Shown piece after piece: positions 10,124-18,121 of a stretch of 64,000 nt of DNA. Below the pieces are notes generated by a model. That model was not told the DNA's origin, ran no database searches, and saw nothing but the letters and a program-made list of their open reading frames with translations. This stretch comes from Dehalococcoidia bacterium. GTDB taxonomy: Bacteria > Chloroflexota > Dehalococcoidia > Lucifugimonadales > SHYT01. Made by a program: the position numbers and the translations under genes. The first letter of the stretch is position 1, and every line of letters begins with the position of its first letter. The stretch covers positions 53,092 to 117,091 of the forward strand of contig SHXZ01000003.1 of assembly GCA_009693045.1 (NCBI GenBank). Reading direction: 5' to 3'.

Positions 10124-10270
10124 TCATTGCCGCTTTTCCCCCCTCCACACCCCATACTCCCCCTCGTCCGGCCTACACACTTTGCACGCGCGGTACCCCG
10201 CCGCCCGCGCCACCTCCCGCGTGGCGAAGAACACGCGGTTCTCCGGCTTCGTGCGTCTGCCGGGCGACAG
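10124..10270 (-). pseudogene. relic of an Ada-type Zn-binding domain ORF with no usable start codon
   Basis: The minus-strand frame reads ..HHVYLLSPGRRTKPENRVFFATREVARAAGYRACKVCRPDEGEYGVWRGEKRQ* with the stop at 10124..10126. The ..ENRVFF....A..AGYR.CK.CRP pattern matches the Ada metal-binding domain. The open frame has no ATG, GTG or TTG start, and the upstream Cys ligands are missing. Confidence 0.3.
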
Positions 10271-10330
10271 TAGATATACGTGGTGCGGCAGGCGTTGACC
10301 TAGCTCATTGCAAACGTTAGTCCCCCGCTG

Positions 10331-10534
10331 GCCTTCGACAAGCTCAGGGCGACCGGAGATTCCTCTCCCGCTCGTGGTGACCTCTTTTTCCGTTCATGGT
10401 GAGCCTCTCCCGTTCGTGGTGAGCCTGTCGAACCACGAGTGGGCCCACCACGTCACGCCCCGTGCCCTAGCTGCGGCGGCATGTCCCCCCACAGTTCCCC
10501 CCTCCGTATGGACGGAGAGGGGTTAGGGGTGAGG
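10331..10534. repeat. cluster of dispersed repeat units (families D and C)
   Basis: gccttcgacaagctcagggcgaccgg lies at 10331..10356. A tandem ccgttcatggtgagcc / ccgttcgtggtgagcctgtcgaaccacgag lies at 10390..10439. The family C hairpin cccccctccgtatggacggagaggggttaggggtgagg lies at 10497..10534. Similar ccgttcgtcctgagcc(tgtcgaagg) units recur at 33921 and 34879. Confidence 0.7.
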
Positions 10535-10587
10535 TAGGCGGTGCGGCGAGGCAAACCTCCCAGTAACAGACACGGAGCAGAACCCCG

Positions 10588-11634
10588 TCACGCCCGCGCC
10601 CTGACCGTGGCGAGTTTCCTCGTGCCGTTCACCGCTGCGCGCCGCGCGCCGTTCACGGCGGGGCGCCGCGCTCCGTACACAGCAGTGAGCCACGGCGCGT
10701 ACGCGGGCATCTCCCCGCGCGCCGCCCGCAACAGCAGCGACTGGAGCTTGCGCGTGACGGGGCCGGGCTGGCCGTCGCCGACGGTGTACTTGTCCACGAA
10801 GACGACGGGCTTCACCTCCATCAGCGTGCCGCACAGCAGCACCTCGTCCGCGATGTACAGCTCCGTGCGGTCTACGTCCCGTTCCTGGACGGGCATCCGC
10901 AGCTCGTTCCGGAGCAGCGTGAACAGCGCCTCGCGGGTGATGCTCTCCAAGATGCCCGCGCTCCACGGGGGCGTGATGGCCGCGCCGTCGCGGATGAGCA
11001 CGACGCACGAGGAAGCCGCCTCCGTCACCTTGCCCGCCTGGTTCAGCATGATCCCCTGGTCGTAGCCGTTGACGCGCGCATCGGTGGGGACCAGGCGGCT
11101 GTTCTGGTAGTTGGCGAGGGCCTTGGCGCGCGGCGGCATTACGTTGTCGGCGATGCGCGCCCAACTGCTGATGCCGGCCGTGACGCCGCCCTCGTCCTCC
11201 AGCGTGGACGGCGACGGGCGCGCCGTGATGAGCACGTCCACTGGCCGGTCCAGCACGCCGATGTAGCCGGGGATGCCCTCGGCGAAGTACACGAGGGGCT
11301 GCACGTACACGTCCTCGCGGAACGCATTGGCGCGGAGCAGGTCAAGCACCGCCTGGCGCACATGGGCCGTGGTGATGTTGTCGGCCATGCGCATGAGCTT
11401 CATGGACTGGGCGAGGCGCTTCATGTGCGCGTCAAGCTGGAACACGGAGAGCTCCTGCTGCGAGGCGTTCCAGTAGGCGCGGATGCCCTCAAACACCGCG
11501 CTCACGGCCGTCCAGACGACGGAGGTGACGTGGACGGTGGCCTGCTCCCACGGCACGAGCTTGCCGGAGTGCCAGAGGAACTCCGGGTGCGGCTGGGTGG
11601 AGCGGGTGAGCTGCTGCGTCTTAGCTTGGGCCAT
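10588..11634 (-). CDS. ilvE: branched-chain amino acid aminotransferase (class IV aminotransferase)
   Basis: Track ORF of 348 aa with class IV aminotransferase-like sequence throughout. The C-terminal tail of about 28 aa contains a tandem GARR.AVNG repeat. Confidence 0.8.
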   Translation of the reverse strand: MAQAKTQQLTRSTQPHPEFLWHSGKLVPWEQATVHVTSVVWTAVSAVFEGIRAYWNASQQELSVFQLDAHMKRLAQSMKLMRMADNITTAHVRQAVLDLLRANAFREDVYVQPLVYFAEGIPGYIGVLDRPVDVLITARPSPSTLEDEGGVTAGISSWARIADNVMPPRAKALANYQNSRLVPTDARVNGYDQGIMLNQAGKVTEAASSCVVLIRDGAAITPPWSAGILESITREALFTLLRNELRMPVQERDVDRTELYIADEVLLCGTLMEVKPVVFVDKYTVGDGQPGPVTRKLQSLLLRAARGEMPAYAPWLTAVYGARRPAVNGARRAAVNGTRKLATVRARA

Positions 11635-11699
11635 GTGGGCCTCCCTTTGAAAGCAACGCGGCCCCTATTGTTTCCGAGAGTCCGATTGTCCGGTGCCTG

Positions 11700-11728
11700 G
11701 TAGGGGCGGGTTTGAAACCCGCCCCTAC
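11700..11728. repeat. GTAGGGGCG..CGCCCCTAC palindromic repeat (family B)
   Basis: GTAGGGGCGGGtttgaaaCCCGCCCCTAC, between the ilvE start and the NIPSNAP stop. Confidence 0.85.
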
Positions 11729-11760
11729 TCATCGCACGTGAAATGCGCCCTGCAGCCTCG

Positions 11761-12390
11761 CTAGTGCAGCCGCGAGAAGGCCGCAGGGACAAGCAGCTTG
11801 TTCTCCTGGCTCACCAACCATTCGCGGGTGGCGGGCGGCCACTTGCCGCTGGGGTCCTTGCCCGCCTCGGCGCGGATGCGGGCGCGGTCGGCTAGGTCCT
11901 TGTACGGCCAGACGTGGAAGAAGCGGTTCAGGCCGCCCAGCTCGCTGTACCAGCACGCCGCCAGCGGCGAGTACTTCTCGCGGTAGGGGATGGACTCCGC
12001 CCACCGCTCCAGCACCCTGGGCATGGCGCCATACTGGTAGGTGTAGATGCGCATCTCGTAGATGCTGCCCAGCGCCTGCGGCTCACCAAGGGGCCGCATG
12101 AACGGCGCGGGGTGCAGGATCTCCGACTGCATGGAAGCGATGAACTCGGTGATCTTGGGCGGCCACTTGCCGCCGGTGTCCTTGGCCGTGGCGGCGCGCA
12201 CTTCGTCGCGATGCGCGAGGTCGCGGTACGGCCAGACGTGGATGACCTGGTTGAGCGGGCCGATGTCGGTGTGCCAGAATGCGCCGAGGGGGGAGTACTT
12301 CTCGCGGATGGGCAGCCCCTCCGCGAAGCGTTCCTCAAAGGTGGCGACGGCGCCGGGCTTCAGAGTGTAGGTGCGCACCTCGTAGATCAT
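11761..12390 (-). CDS. NIPSNAP family protein (two NIPSNAP repeats)
   Basis: Track ORF of 209 aa. MIYEVRTYTLKPG...VIHVWPYRDLAHRDEVR is repeated as ..IYEMRIYTYQYG...FFHVWPYKDLADRARIR. Confidence 0.85.
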   Translation of the reverse strand: MIYEVRTYTLKPGAVATFEERFAEGLPIREKYSPLGAFWHTDIGPLNQVIHVWPYRDLAHRDEVRAATAKDTGGKWPPKITEFIASMQSEILHPAPFMRPLGEPQALGSIYEMRIYTYQYGAMPRVLERWAESIPYREKYSPLAACWYSELGGLNRFFHVWPYKDLADRARIRAEAGKDPSGKWPPATREWLVSQENKLLVPAAFSRLH

Positions 12391-12506
12391 GGCCCCTCCT
12401 CATGCAAGCGTGCCCGCATCCCAGGCCGCTGTGTTGTGGGCAGTGTAGCAGTGGCAGGTGCGTAGGCCAAGGTCGGTAAGAGAGAGCGGCGCCGTTTCCG
12501 CAGCGT

Positions 12507-13421
12507 CTAGGAGCGAACGTCCCCTTCGTCCGGCTCCAAGCCCGCGCTCCGGCGCGCCGCCTTGAGGGTGTTGACGAGGAGCATCGTGACGGTCATGGGG
12601 CCGACGCCACCGGGCACGGGGGTGATGGCCTCGGCCTTAGGCTCCACGGAGGCGAAGTCCACGTCGCCGACGAGACGGTAGCCGCGCTTGTCAGTCGGGT
12701 CAGCGACGCGGTTCGTGCCAACGTCTATGACCACCACGCCGGGCCTGACCATGTCGCCGGTCAGGGTGTTCGGGCTGCCGGCGGCGACGATGACGATGTC
12801 CGCCTGGCGAGTGAAGCTCGCGAGGTCGGGGGTGGCCGTGTGGCAGACCGTTACCGTGGCGTTGGCGCCTCGGCGCTTCTGCATGAGCAGTATCGCTAGT
12901 GGCTTGCCGACGATGTTGCTTCTGCCGCAGATGACCACGATCTTACCGCCGGGGTCGTAGCCGTAGCGCACAAGAATCTCCTGGATGCCCGCAGGCGTAC
13001 AGGGGACGAACATCGGCTCGCCTTCCACCAGACGTCCGAGGCTGGCCGGGTGGAGGCCGTCCACGTCCTTGTCCGGGCTGATGGCGTGGACGACCCGCCG
13101 CTCGTTGATGTGGCCTGGAAGCGGGAGCTGCACCAGGATGCCGTGGAATCTCTTGTCCTGGTTGAGGCGCTGGACAAGCGCGATGAGCTCGCTTTCGGGC
13201 ACGGTGGCGGGGAGCGCGAACGTCTCGCTGAATGCGCCGACCTCTTTGCAGGCGCGGCCTTTGGTTCGTACGTACGTCGCCGACGCGGGGTTGTCGCCGA
13301 CGAGGACGGCCGCGAGGCCCGGCGTGATGCCGGCCCTGCTCTGCAAGTCCTTAATCCCTTGCGCAACCTCAGCCCGTATCGTCTTGGCGATGGCTGTCCC
13401 GTCAAGTATTTTGGCAGGCAT
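12507..13421 (-). CDS. folD: bifunctional methylenetetrahydrofolate dehydrogenase/cyclohydrolase
   Basis: Track ORF 12507..13469. I place the start at the internal ATG at 13421 (MPAKILDGTAIAK..), the canonical FolD N-terminus. FolD-like sequence runs throughout (..GRSNIVGKP..PGGVGPMT..). Confidence 0.9.
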   Translation of the reverse strand: MPAKILDGTAIAKTIRAEVAQGIKDLQSRAGITPGLAAVLVGDNPASATYVRTKGRACKEVGAFSETFALPATVPESELIALVQRLNQDKRFHGILVQLPLPGHINERRVVHAISPDKDVDGLHPASLGRLVEGEPMFVPCTPAGIQEILVRYGYDPGGKIVVICGRSNIVGKPLAILLMQKRRGANATVTVCHTATPDLASFTRQADIVIVAAGSPNTLTGDMVRPGVVVIDVGTNRVADPTDKRGYRLVGDVDFASVEPKAEAITPVPGGVGPMTVTMLLVNTLKAARRSAGLEPDEGDVRS

Positions 13422-13555
13422 GCTGTTTCTCCGACATCCGTCAGGGTGTCCCGGGCGCCGATGAAGCAATGGAACAGCACAAAAGCATGTGGTTCACGGA
13501 CGAAGCGTTCGTTGTCGTGCGGGTGGGAGCGTAAGGTCCTCGCTGCCAGAAACGC

Positions 13556-13629
13556 TGGCTGGCCCGCCTGGATTCGAACCAGGGTCAGGGGATCCAAAGT
13601 CCCCTGTGCTACCGCTGCACCACGGGCCA
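13556..13629 (-). tRNA. tRNA-Gln (anticodon UUG), CCA encoded
   Basis: The manual fold of the reverse complement is TGGCCCG TG GTGC AGCGGTA GCAC A GGGGA CTTTGGA TCCCC TGAC CCTGG TTCGAAT CCAGG CGGGCCA G CCA. All stems are Watson-Crick. Confidence 0.9.
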
Positions 13630-13669
13630 ACGAAGGTGAACCGTTGGCGAAAAGACCAGCATCAACCGC

Positions 13670-14782
13670 TTATGGGGGGTCGGAGGGCTTGTGCGGAAGC
13701 GACGCCACGCTGCGCCGGACTATGTCCAGGGCTTCGTTGGCAACGGGGTCAACCCCGTAAAGCAAAGCCAGGTAATACGAAACCCAACTACCAAGGTACA
13801 CCATGCCAAGCTGGTGGGCCAGCGGCCCGAGCCCGCGGGCTCCCACTAGCTCGCCGTCGGCCTCCACCTTCTCGCCTGCGACCCCCGCCGACCGAAGCAG
13901 CTCTTCCGTAACAGGCACCCGCTGGCTGAGGGCACTTGGTAAATGTGACGATAGGAGGATAAGGGCATACGCGTTCCGGCTGAGAGTGCTGGGATGGCAA
14001 TAGCCGCTGACCGCGTTGTGCTGGAGCTCGGGCCATGTAGCCGTCACGGCCCACGCTTTGGCGTTCTCGTTGATGTCGTACTGCCAGCGCCGCGCCGCGC
14101 TCGTCAGCAGACCCGCTCCGTAGACTACCGGCACGCGCCCCCACAAACGCCTCGCCAGGGCCTTGGCCGGGTTCTCGGCCTCCGGCGTCGCCAGTCCAAA
14201 GCGAAGGGATTGCTGGTCAATGAGGGAGGCCGCTTCGTCAATCTGTCCGTTCAGGTCTGGCGCATGGCCGGCGGCCTGCAGGACACCGAGGAGCGCGGCC
14301 AGAGCCCCGGCGAGCGAGTGCCTGCCGCCCCATCGGCTCGGGATAGCCACGGGAGCGACGACGCACGCCCCGGCGCGCCTGGCGAGTTCCCCGCCGTTCG
14401 TGATCGGCACCACGCCGGCGCCACACTCGGTCCCGCTCTGGTACGCGGAGAGGGTCTCCGCCGTGTTGCCTGAGTAGCTGCACGCCACAACCAGCGTCTT
14501 CTCGCCCGCCCAGGCGGGAAGGCCGTAGTCGCGCCAGACCGTGAGCGGGCAGGGCACGCCAAGATAGTGGAGCAGGTCGGACGCCATCTCGCCGGCGAGG
14601 CCCGAGGTTCCCATTCCGGCGACGACCACGGACGTCGTGTGACGATACCTGGATGGCAACGAGAGCGACCTCGTCGCCGCCACAGCTTCACGGCACTGGG
14701 CGGCCATCTGGGGGAGGTGGTCCCGCATCCGGGCGGGGTCAAACCGCTCGTAAAGGTCAGGGCAGTCAAGCGAAGGCACCAT
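13670..14782 (-). CDS. bifunctional phosphoglucose/phosphomannose isomerase (SIS domain)
   Basis: Track ORF of 370 aa with SIS-domain sequence (..VVVAGMGTSGLAGE.., ..ACSYSGNTAETL..) and the PGI/PMI-type C-terminal half. Confidence 0.8.
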   Translation of the reverse strand: MVPSLDCPDLYERFDPARMRDHLPQMAAQCREAVAATRSLSLPSRYRHTTSVVVAGMGTSGLAGEMASDLLHYLGVPCPLTVWRDYGLPAWAGEKTLVVACSYSGNTAETLSAYQSGTECGAGVVPITNGGELARRAGACVVAPVAIPSRWGGRHSLAGALAALLGVLQAAGHAPDLNGQIDEAASLIDQQSLRFGLATPEAENPAKALARRLWGRVPVVYGAGLLTSAARRWQYDINENAKAWAVTATWPELQHNAVSGYCHPSTLSRNAYALILLSSHLPSALSQRVPVTEELLRSAGVAGEKVEADGELVGARGLGPLAHQLGMVYLGSWVSYYLALLYGVDPVANEALDIVRRSVASLPHKPSDPP

Positions 14783-14909
14783 AACGCCCCAAGTGTAACA
14801 CGACGGGCGCGGTCGGGACGCTAAACATGAGTGATGAAGGCCGTAGGGCGCTGATCCAGCCCTTTGTGATCATACCGGACAAGTGAACTCATGGCCCTAC
14901 TGGGAGTAA

Positions 14910-14996
14910 TGGTGCCGAAGGAGGGAATCGAACCCACATAGGCTTGTGGCCCAACGGTTTTTGAGACCGTCGCGTCTACCGTTCCGCCACTTCGGC
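14910..14996 (-). tRNA. tRNA-Leu (anticodon CAA), long variable arm, CCA encoded
   Basis: In the reverse complement the acceptor stem is GCCGAAG/CTTCGGC, the anticodon stem ACGGT/ACCGT with loop CTCAAAA, and the T-loop TTCGATT. It has a long variable arm and ends A-CCA. The T stem has one T-T mismatch in my fold. Confidence 0.85.
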
Positions 14997-15026
14997 ACGC
15001 CGATGAAGCTTGCGCGGGAACAAAAA

Positions 15027-15101
15027 TGGAGCGGAAGATGGGGCTCGAACCCACGACCTCCTCCTTGGCAAGGAGGCGTTCTACCACTGAACTACTTCCG
15101 C
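15027..15101 (-). tRNA. tRNA-Gly (anticodon GCC), CCA encoded
   Basis: Reverse complement: GCGGAAG TA GTTC AGTGGTA GAAC G CCTCC TTGCCAA GGAGG AGGTC GTGGG TTCGAGC CCCAT CTTCCGC T CCA. Confidence 0.9.
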
Positions 15102-15514
15102 TCAGCAAAGCTGATTCTATGCGGCGGCGTTGCCGCCGTCAAGGGCGGCGAGGGCAAGGAGCGTCGTGTTCATGCGGCCGCACCGACACGAAGAGTGCCT
15201 GCTGGCCCTAACTGGCGCGCAGCAGGCACTCGACCGTATGTGGCCCTGAGACTCTTCCCCGCTTCGTCTCACCGTCCAGAGGTCTCTAAGGGCCACAGAG
15301 GCTTTCGTTGCTTGTATCGAAACGCAAATAAGACTAAGCTGCCTAGAGTAGGATGGTTGACTGGGTTCATGGGGAGTTCGAGTGTCCTCCTGTCTCCGAA
15401 AATGGTGTTGTTCTATACACACCAAACCGTCGAGCGCATCAATTGGACTAATTTCGATCCCAGCAACGTGTACCAAATAGCCGACCTAATGAGCGTGAAT
15501 CCGGATTTTCTCGA

Positions 15515-15802
15515 TTAGCACTTCGTCCTATCCTCAAACAAAGCCGTATTTTGATCCTGTGGTTTCACAGTTCGCGGCGTGGCGTCAGAAACTGTGTTGG
15601 ATGAAGACTGGCTGGGAGGGCTGAGGTAAGGCTTGCCGTATTGGGTGATGGGCGTTTTCGGTGCCGGAGGTTGCTGAAACTTTTCTGGCGACTGGCATCC
15701 CACAGACACGGCCACGGCTGCAATAATGGCGGCCATGAGCACGGCCATCAAGCTGAACCGCCGAATCCCTTTTAGCCACACGTTGGCACCTCTGCAGAGC
15801 AC
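15515..15802 (-). CDS. small putative lipoprotein (Pro/Ser-rich), in the lower-GC islet
   Basis: Track ORF of 95 aa with a signal/lipobox-like ..LMAVLMAAIIAAVAVSVGC. A GTG at 15781 would give a more typical signal-peptide length. I recognise no family. Confidence 0.4.
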   Translation of the reverse strand: MLCRGANVWLKGIRRFSLMAVLMAAIIAAVAVSVGCQSPEKFQQPPAPKTPITQYGKPYLSPPSQSSSNTVSDATPRTVKPQDQNTALFEDRTKC

Positions 15803-15917
15803 AGATGGGTGCTATGATACTCATTCTTCGGGTGCGGGCCACGGTCGGGGAGAATCGCCAAGCCTTAGTTGCTCGGTGCCCCTACCTCCCACCTTCCCGT
15901 CACGTCGCAAATCTTGA

Positions 15918-16064
15918 TTATGCCTTATGATCCCTGCCACGTAAGATGCCAATGACAACTAGGACGACACCGACAACGATCAAGGCAATTGGGCTATTGG
16001 TACCTCTTAGAACGCATTCGCCAGATATGCCGCCGATAATGAATAGAATGCCGAAGATGACCAA
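15918..16064 (-). CDS. candidate 48-aa two-TM membrane protein (below the track size cutoff)
   Basis: My translation from a TTG start is (M)VIFGILFIIGGISGECVLRGTNSPIALIVVGVVLVVIGILRGRDHKA*. A purine-rich GAAGGGG lies about 7 nt upstream, and an in-frame TGA immediately upstream fixes the start. It is in the same orientation as the lipoprotein ORF and just upstream of it. Confidence 0.35.
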   Translation of the reverse strand: MVIFGILFIIGGISGECVLRGTNSPIALIVVGVVLVVIGILRGRDHKA

Positions 16065-16596
16065 TCAACACCCCTTCACCTCTTGCAACTTCATCCCTCT
16101 GTGGACTTGACCATGTTTGCTTTGGCCGCTTCAAACACTGGCCCCAGAAAACCCTAGCACGTGAAAGTGCAGCACAGAGTATGTGATGGTCACATAATGT
16201 TGGCCGCTGTTACCAATGAGAATTGCCCACGACCTGAAGAACGTCGTAGGGCCACGTAAGGCCGATGAGGCGCTGCGCAAGCTGTTCAAGTTGCCGGTAC
16301 CCCGCCGACCTTCGGCTGAGCCTCCTCGTGGACCATCCTGGCTAATCGCTCCAAGGCCCTTTCGGCTCCTGCCTGTAGCCCGGCAGCGTGGCGTTCCCAT
16401 AGGGGAGCCAGGACTGCTTGGGCCGCCACCACATCGGGCGTTTCCGGCTGGGCCACGCCAACATCGCCGTAACGGCGAACACGTACAGCCACGTGCTACC
16501 AGAACTCCAACGAGAAGCAGTTGGCAAGGTAGGGGCCTTGCTCTTTGGAGCGCCAAACGCTTGAATGGGTCAATTGGTGTCAAATTGGTATCAAAT

Positions 16597-16624
16597 GGCC
16601 CCGGAGGGTATTTCTTCCGGGGCC
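16597..16624 (-). terminator. hairpin downstream of tRNA-Phe, a probable intrinsic terminator
   Basis: The minus strand reads GGCCCCGGA-agaaataccc-TCCGGGGCC followed by ATTTGATACCAATTTGA. It lies 20 nt past the tRNA 3' end. Confidence 0.5.
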
Positions 16625-16643
16625 ATTCCGTGGCTTCATTGCC

Positions 16644-16718
<75 letters not shown>

Positions 16719-16959
16719 AGTGTCCTTTATCGTAGCGGCGGCGGCGCGCCCGTGTCAACGACGGCGCCACCGCCGTGCAGGTCGGCGCCGGCCTGAGTGC
16801 GCCTTTCGCAGTGCCTTTGGCGCTCACCGCAGCCGGACCACTTCCCGCCTCGGCTGTGGCGGAATGGCGGTCGCGCGGAGTGCCTGACAGCCGACGCTGC
16901 ATCAGCTACCATAGATCGAAGGAGACTCTGCCAAAGCGTGTTGTAAGGAAGGTACGTAT

Positions 16960-18076
16960 ATGCACCAGCTCGTCGCCAGAGCCCAGGCCGTAAGCGCCCG
17001 CATCGCCACGCTGACCGGGCGTCTTTGACCTGGCGGGCAAAGAGCGCGAGCTTGCTACCCTGGAAAAGGGTTCCGCCGCCGCTGACCTTTGGGACCAGCC
17101 GCAGGAAGCGCAAAAGCTGCTTCAGCGCCTCTCCCAGGTCCAGGGAGAGGTGGACTTGTGGCGGGGCCTGCACCGGGAAGCGGCCTCGCTGACCGAGTTG
17201 TCCGAACTCGTGGCCGCCGAGAACGACCCCGCGCTTGAGGGCGACGTGGAGCGCGAAGCGGCCACCCTGGAGAAGAAGCTGGACGCGCTTGAGTTCCAGC
17301 TCGTGTTCTCCGGACGGTACGACCGAGCCAGCGCCATCTTCGCGATCCACGCCGGCGCCGGCGGCACCGAGTCGCAGGACTGGGCCGAGATGCTGCTCCG
17401 CATGTACCTCCGATGGGCCGAACAGTCCGGCTACCGCACGTCCCTGCTGGACTCGTCCCGCGGCGAAGAGGCGGGCATCAAGAGCGCGACGGTGGAGGTG
17501 GCGGGCGCCAACGCCTACGGCTGGCTCAAAGGCGAAAAGGGCGTCCACCGCCTAGTCCGCCTGTCGCCCTATGACGCGGCCCACGCCCGCCACACCTCGT
17601 TCGCCCTCATGGAAGTGCTTCCAGAGGCAGGCGACGACGTGGATGTCGTAATCCGCGACGATGACCTCCGCGTGGACTTCTTCCGCTCCAGCGGCGCCGG
17701 AGGCCAAAACGTCCAGAAGACCTCAACGGCGGTGAGGATCGTCCACCTGCCGACCGGAATCACCATTACCTGCCAAAACGAGCGGTCCCAGAATCAGAAC
17801 CGCGAGACCGCCATGAAGGTGCTCAAGGCGCGGCTGATCGCCCGTGAGGAGGAGAAACGCGCGGAGGAGATGGCCCGCGTGCGTGGTGCGCACGTCTCGG
17901 CCGAGTGGGGCAACCAAATCCGGAGCTATGTGCTTCATCCGTATAAGCTGGTGAAGGACCATCGGTCAGGCTACGAGAGCCACAGCCCGCAGGATGTCCT
18001 GGACGGGGAGCTTGAACCGCTGCTTAAGGCGTACCTGCTCAGCCAAGTAGGGAAGGAAGAAGGCCAAACACGCTAG
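16960..18076 (+). CDS. prfB: peptide chain release factor 2, with programmed +1 frameshift
   Basis: The track shows only 17150..18076 (RF2 body, including ..SGAGGQNVQKTSTAVR..). Upstream, ATG at 16960 (SD AAGGAAGG) encodes MHQLVARAQAVSARIATLTGRL and then hits TGA at 17026. Shifting +1 at CTT TGA C continues DLAGKERELATLEKGSAAADLWDQPQEAQKLLQRLSQVQGEVDLWRG.. in frame with the 17150 ORF. Confidence 0.9.
17023..17029 (+). other. prfB +1 frameshift site CTT TGA C
   Basis: The heptamer is identical to the classical RF2 autoregulatory shift site. G-rich ACCGGGCGT lies just upstream as a weak internal SD-like element. Confidence 0.85.
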
Positions 18077-18121
18077 CGACGGACATTCTCGGATCCATCT
18101 AAAGCAAGCATACGAGCTATA

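Noticed and set aside
13422-13555. ZTP (pfl) or THF riboswitch upstream of folD.
   Set aside because: A ..GGCGCCCGGGAC.. stretch faintly resembles the 3' CCGCCUGGGC sub-domain of ZTP riboswitches. The 5' sub-domain (..GGGUCGUGACUGGCG..) and the pseudoknot partner are not present. A cmscan would be decisive, and I expect no hit.
14821-15518. Track ORFs 14821..15108(-) and 14946..15518(+).
   Set aside because: They run straight through the tRNA-Leu and tRNA-Gly genes, so their apparent coding capacity is an artefact. The AT-richer tail of the + ORF (MVLFYTHQTVERINW..) has no SD and no recognisable family.
16131-16583. ORFs 16131..16583(-), 16216..16707(+), 16286..16492(-) and 16342..16527(-) in the tRNA-flanked islet.
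   Set aside because: They overlap one another in different frames, none has an SD or recognisable motifs, and one runs into tRNA-Phe. I treat the segment as possibly decayed sequence rather than calling a gene.
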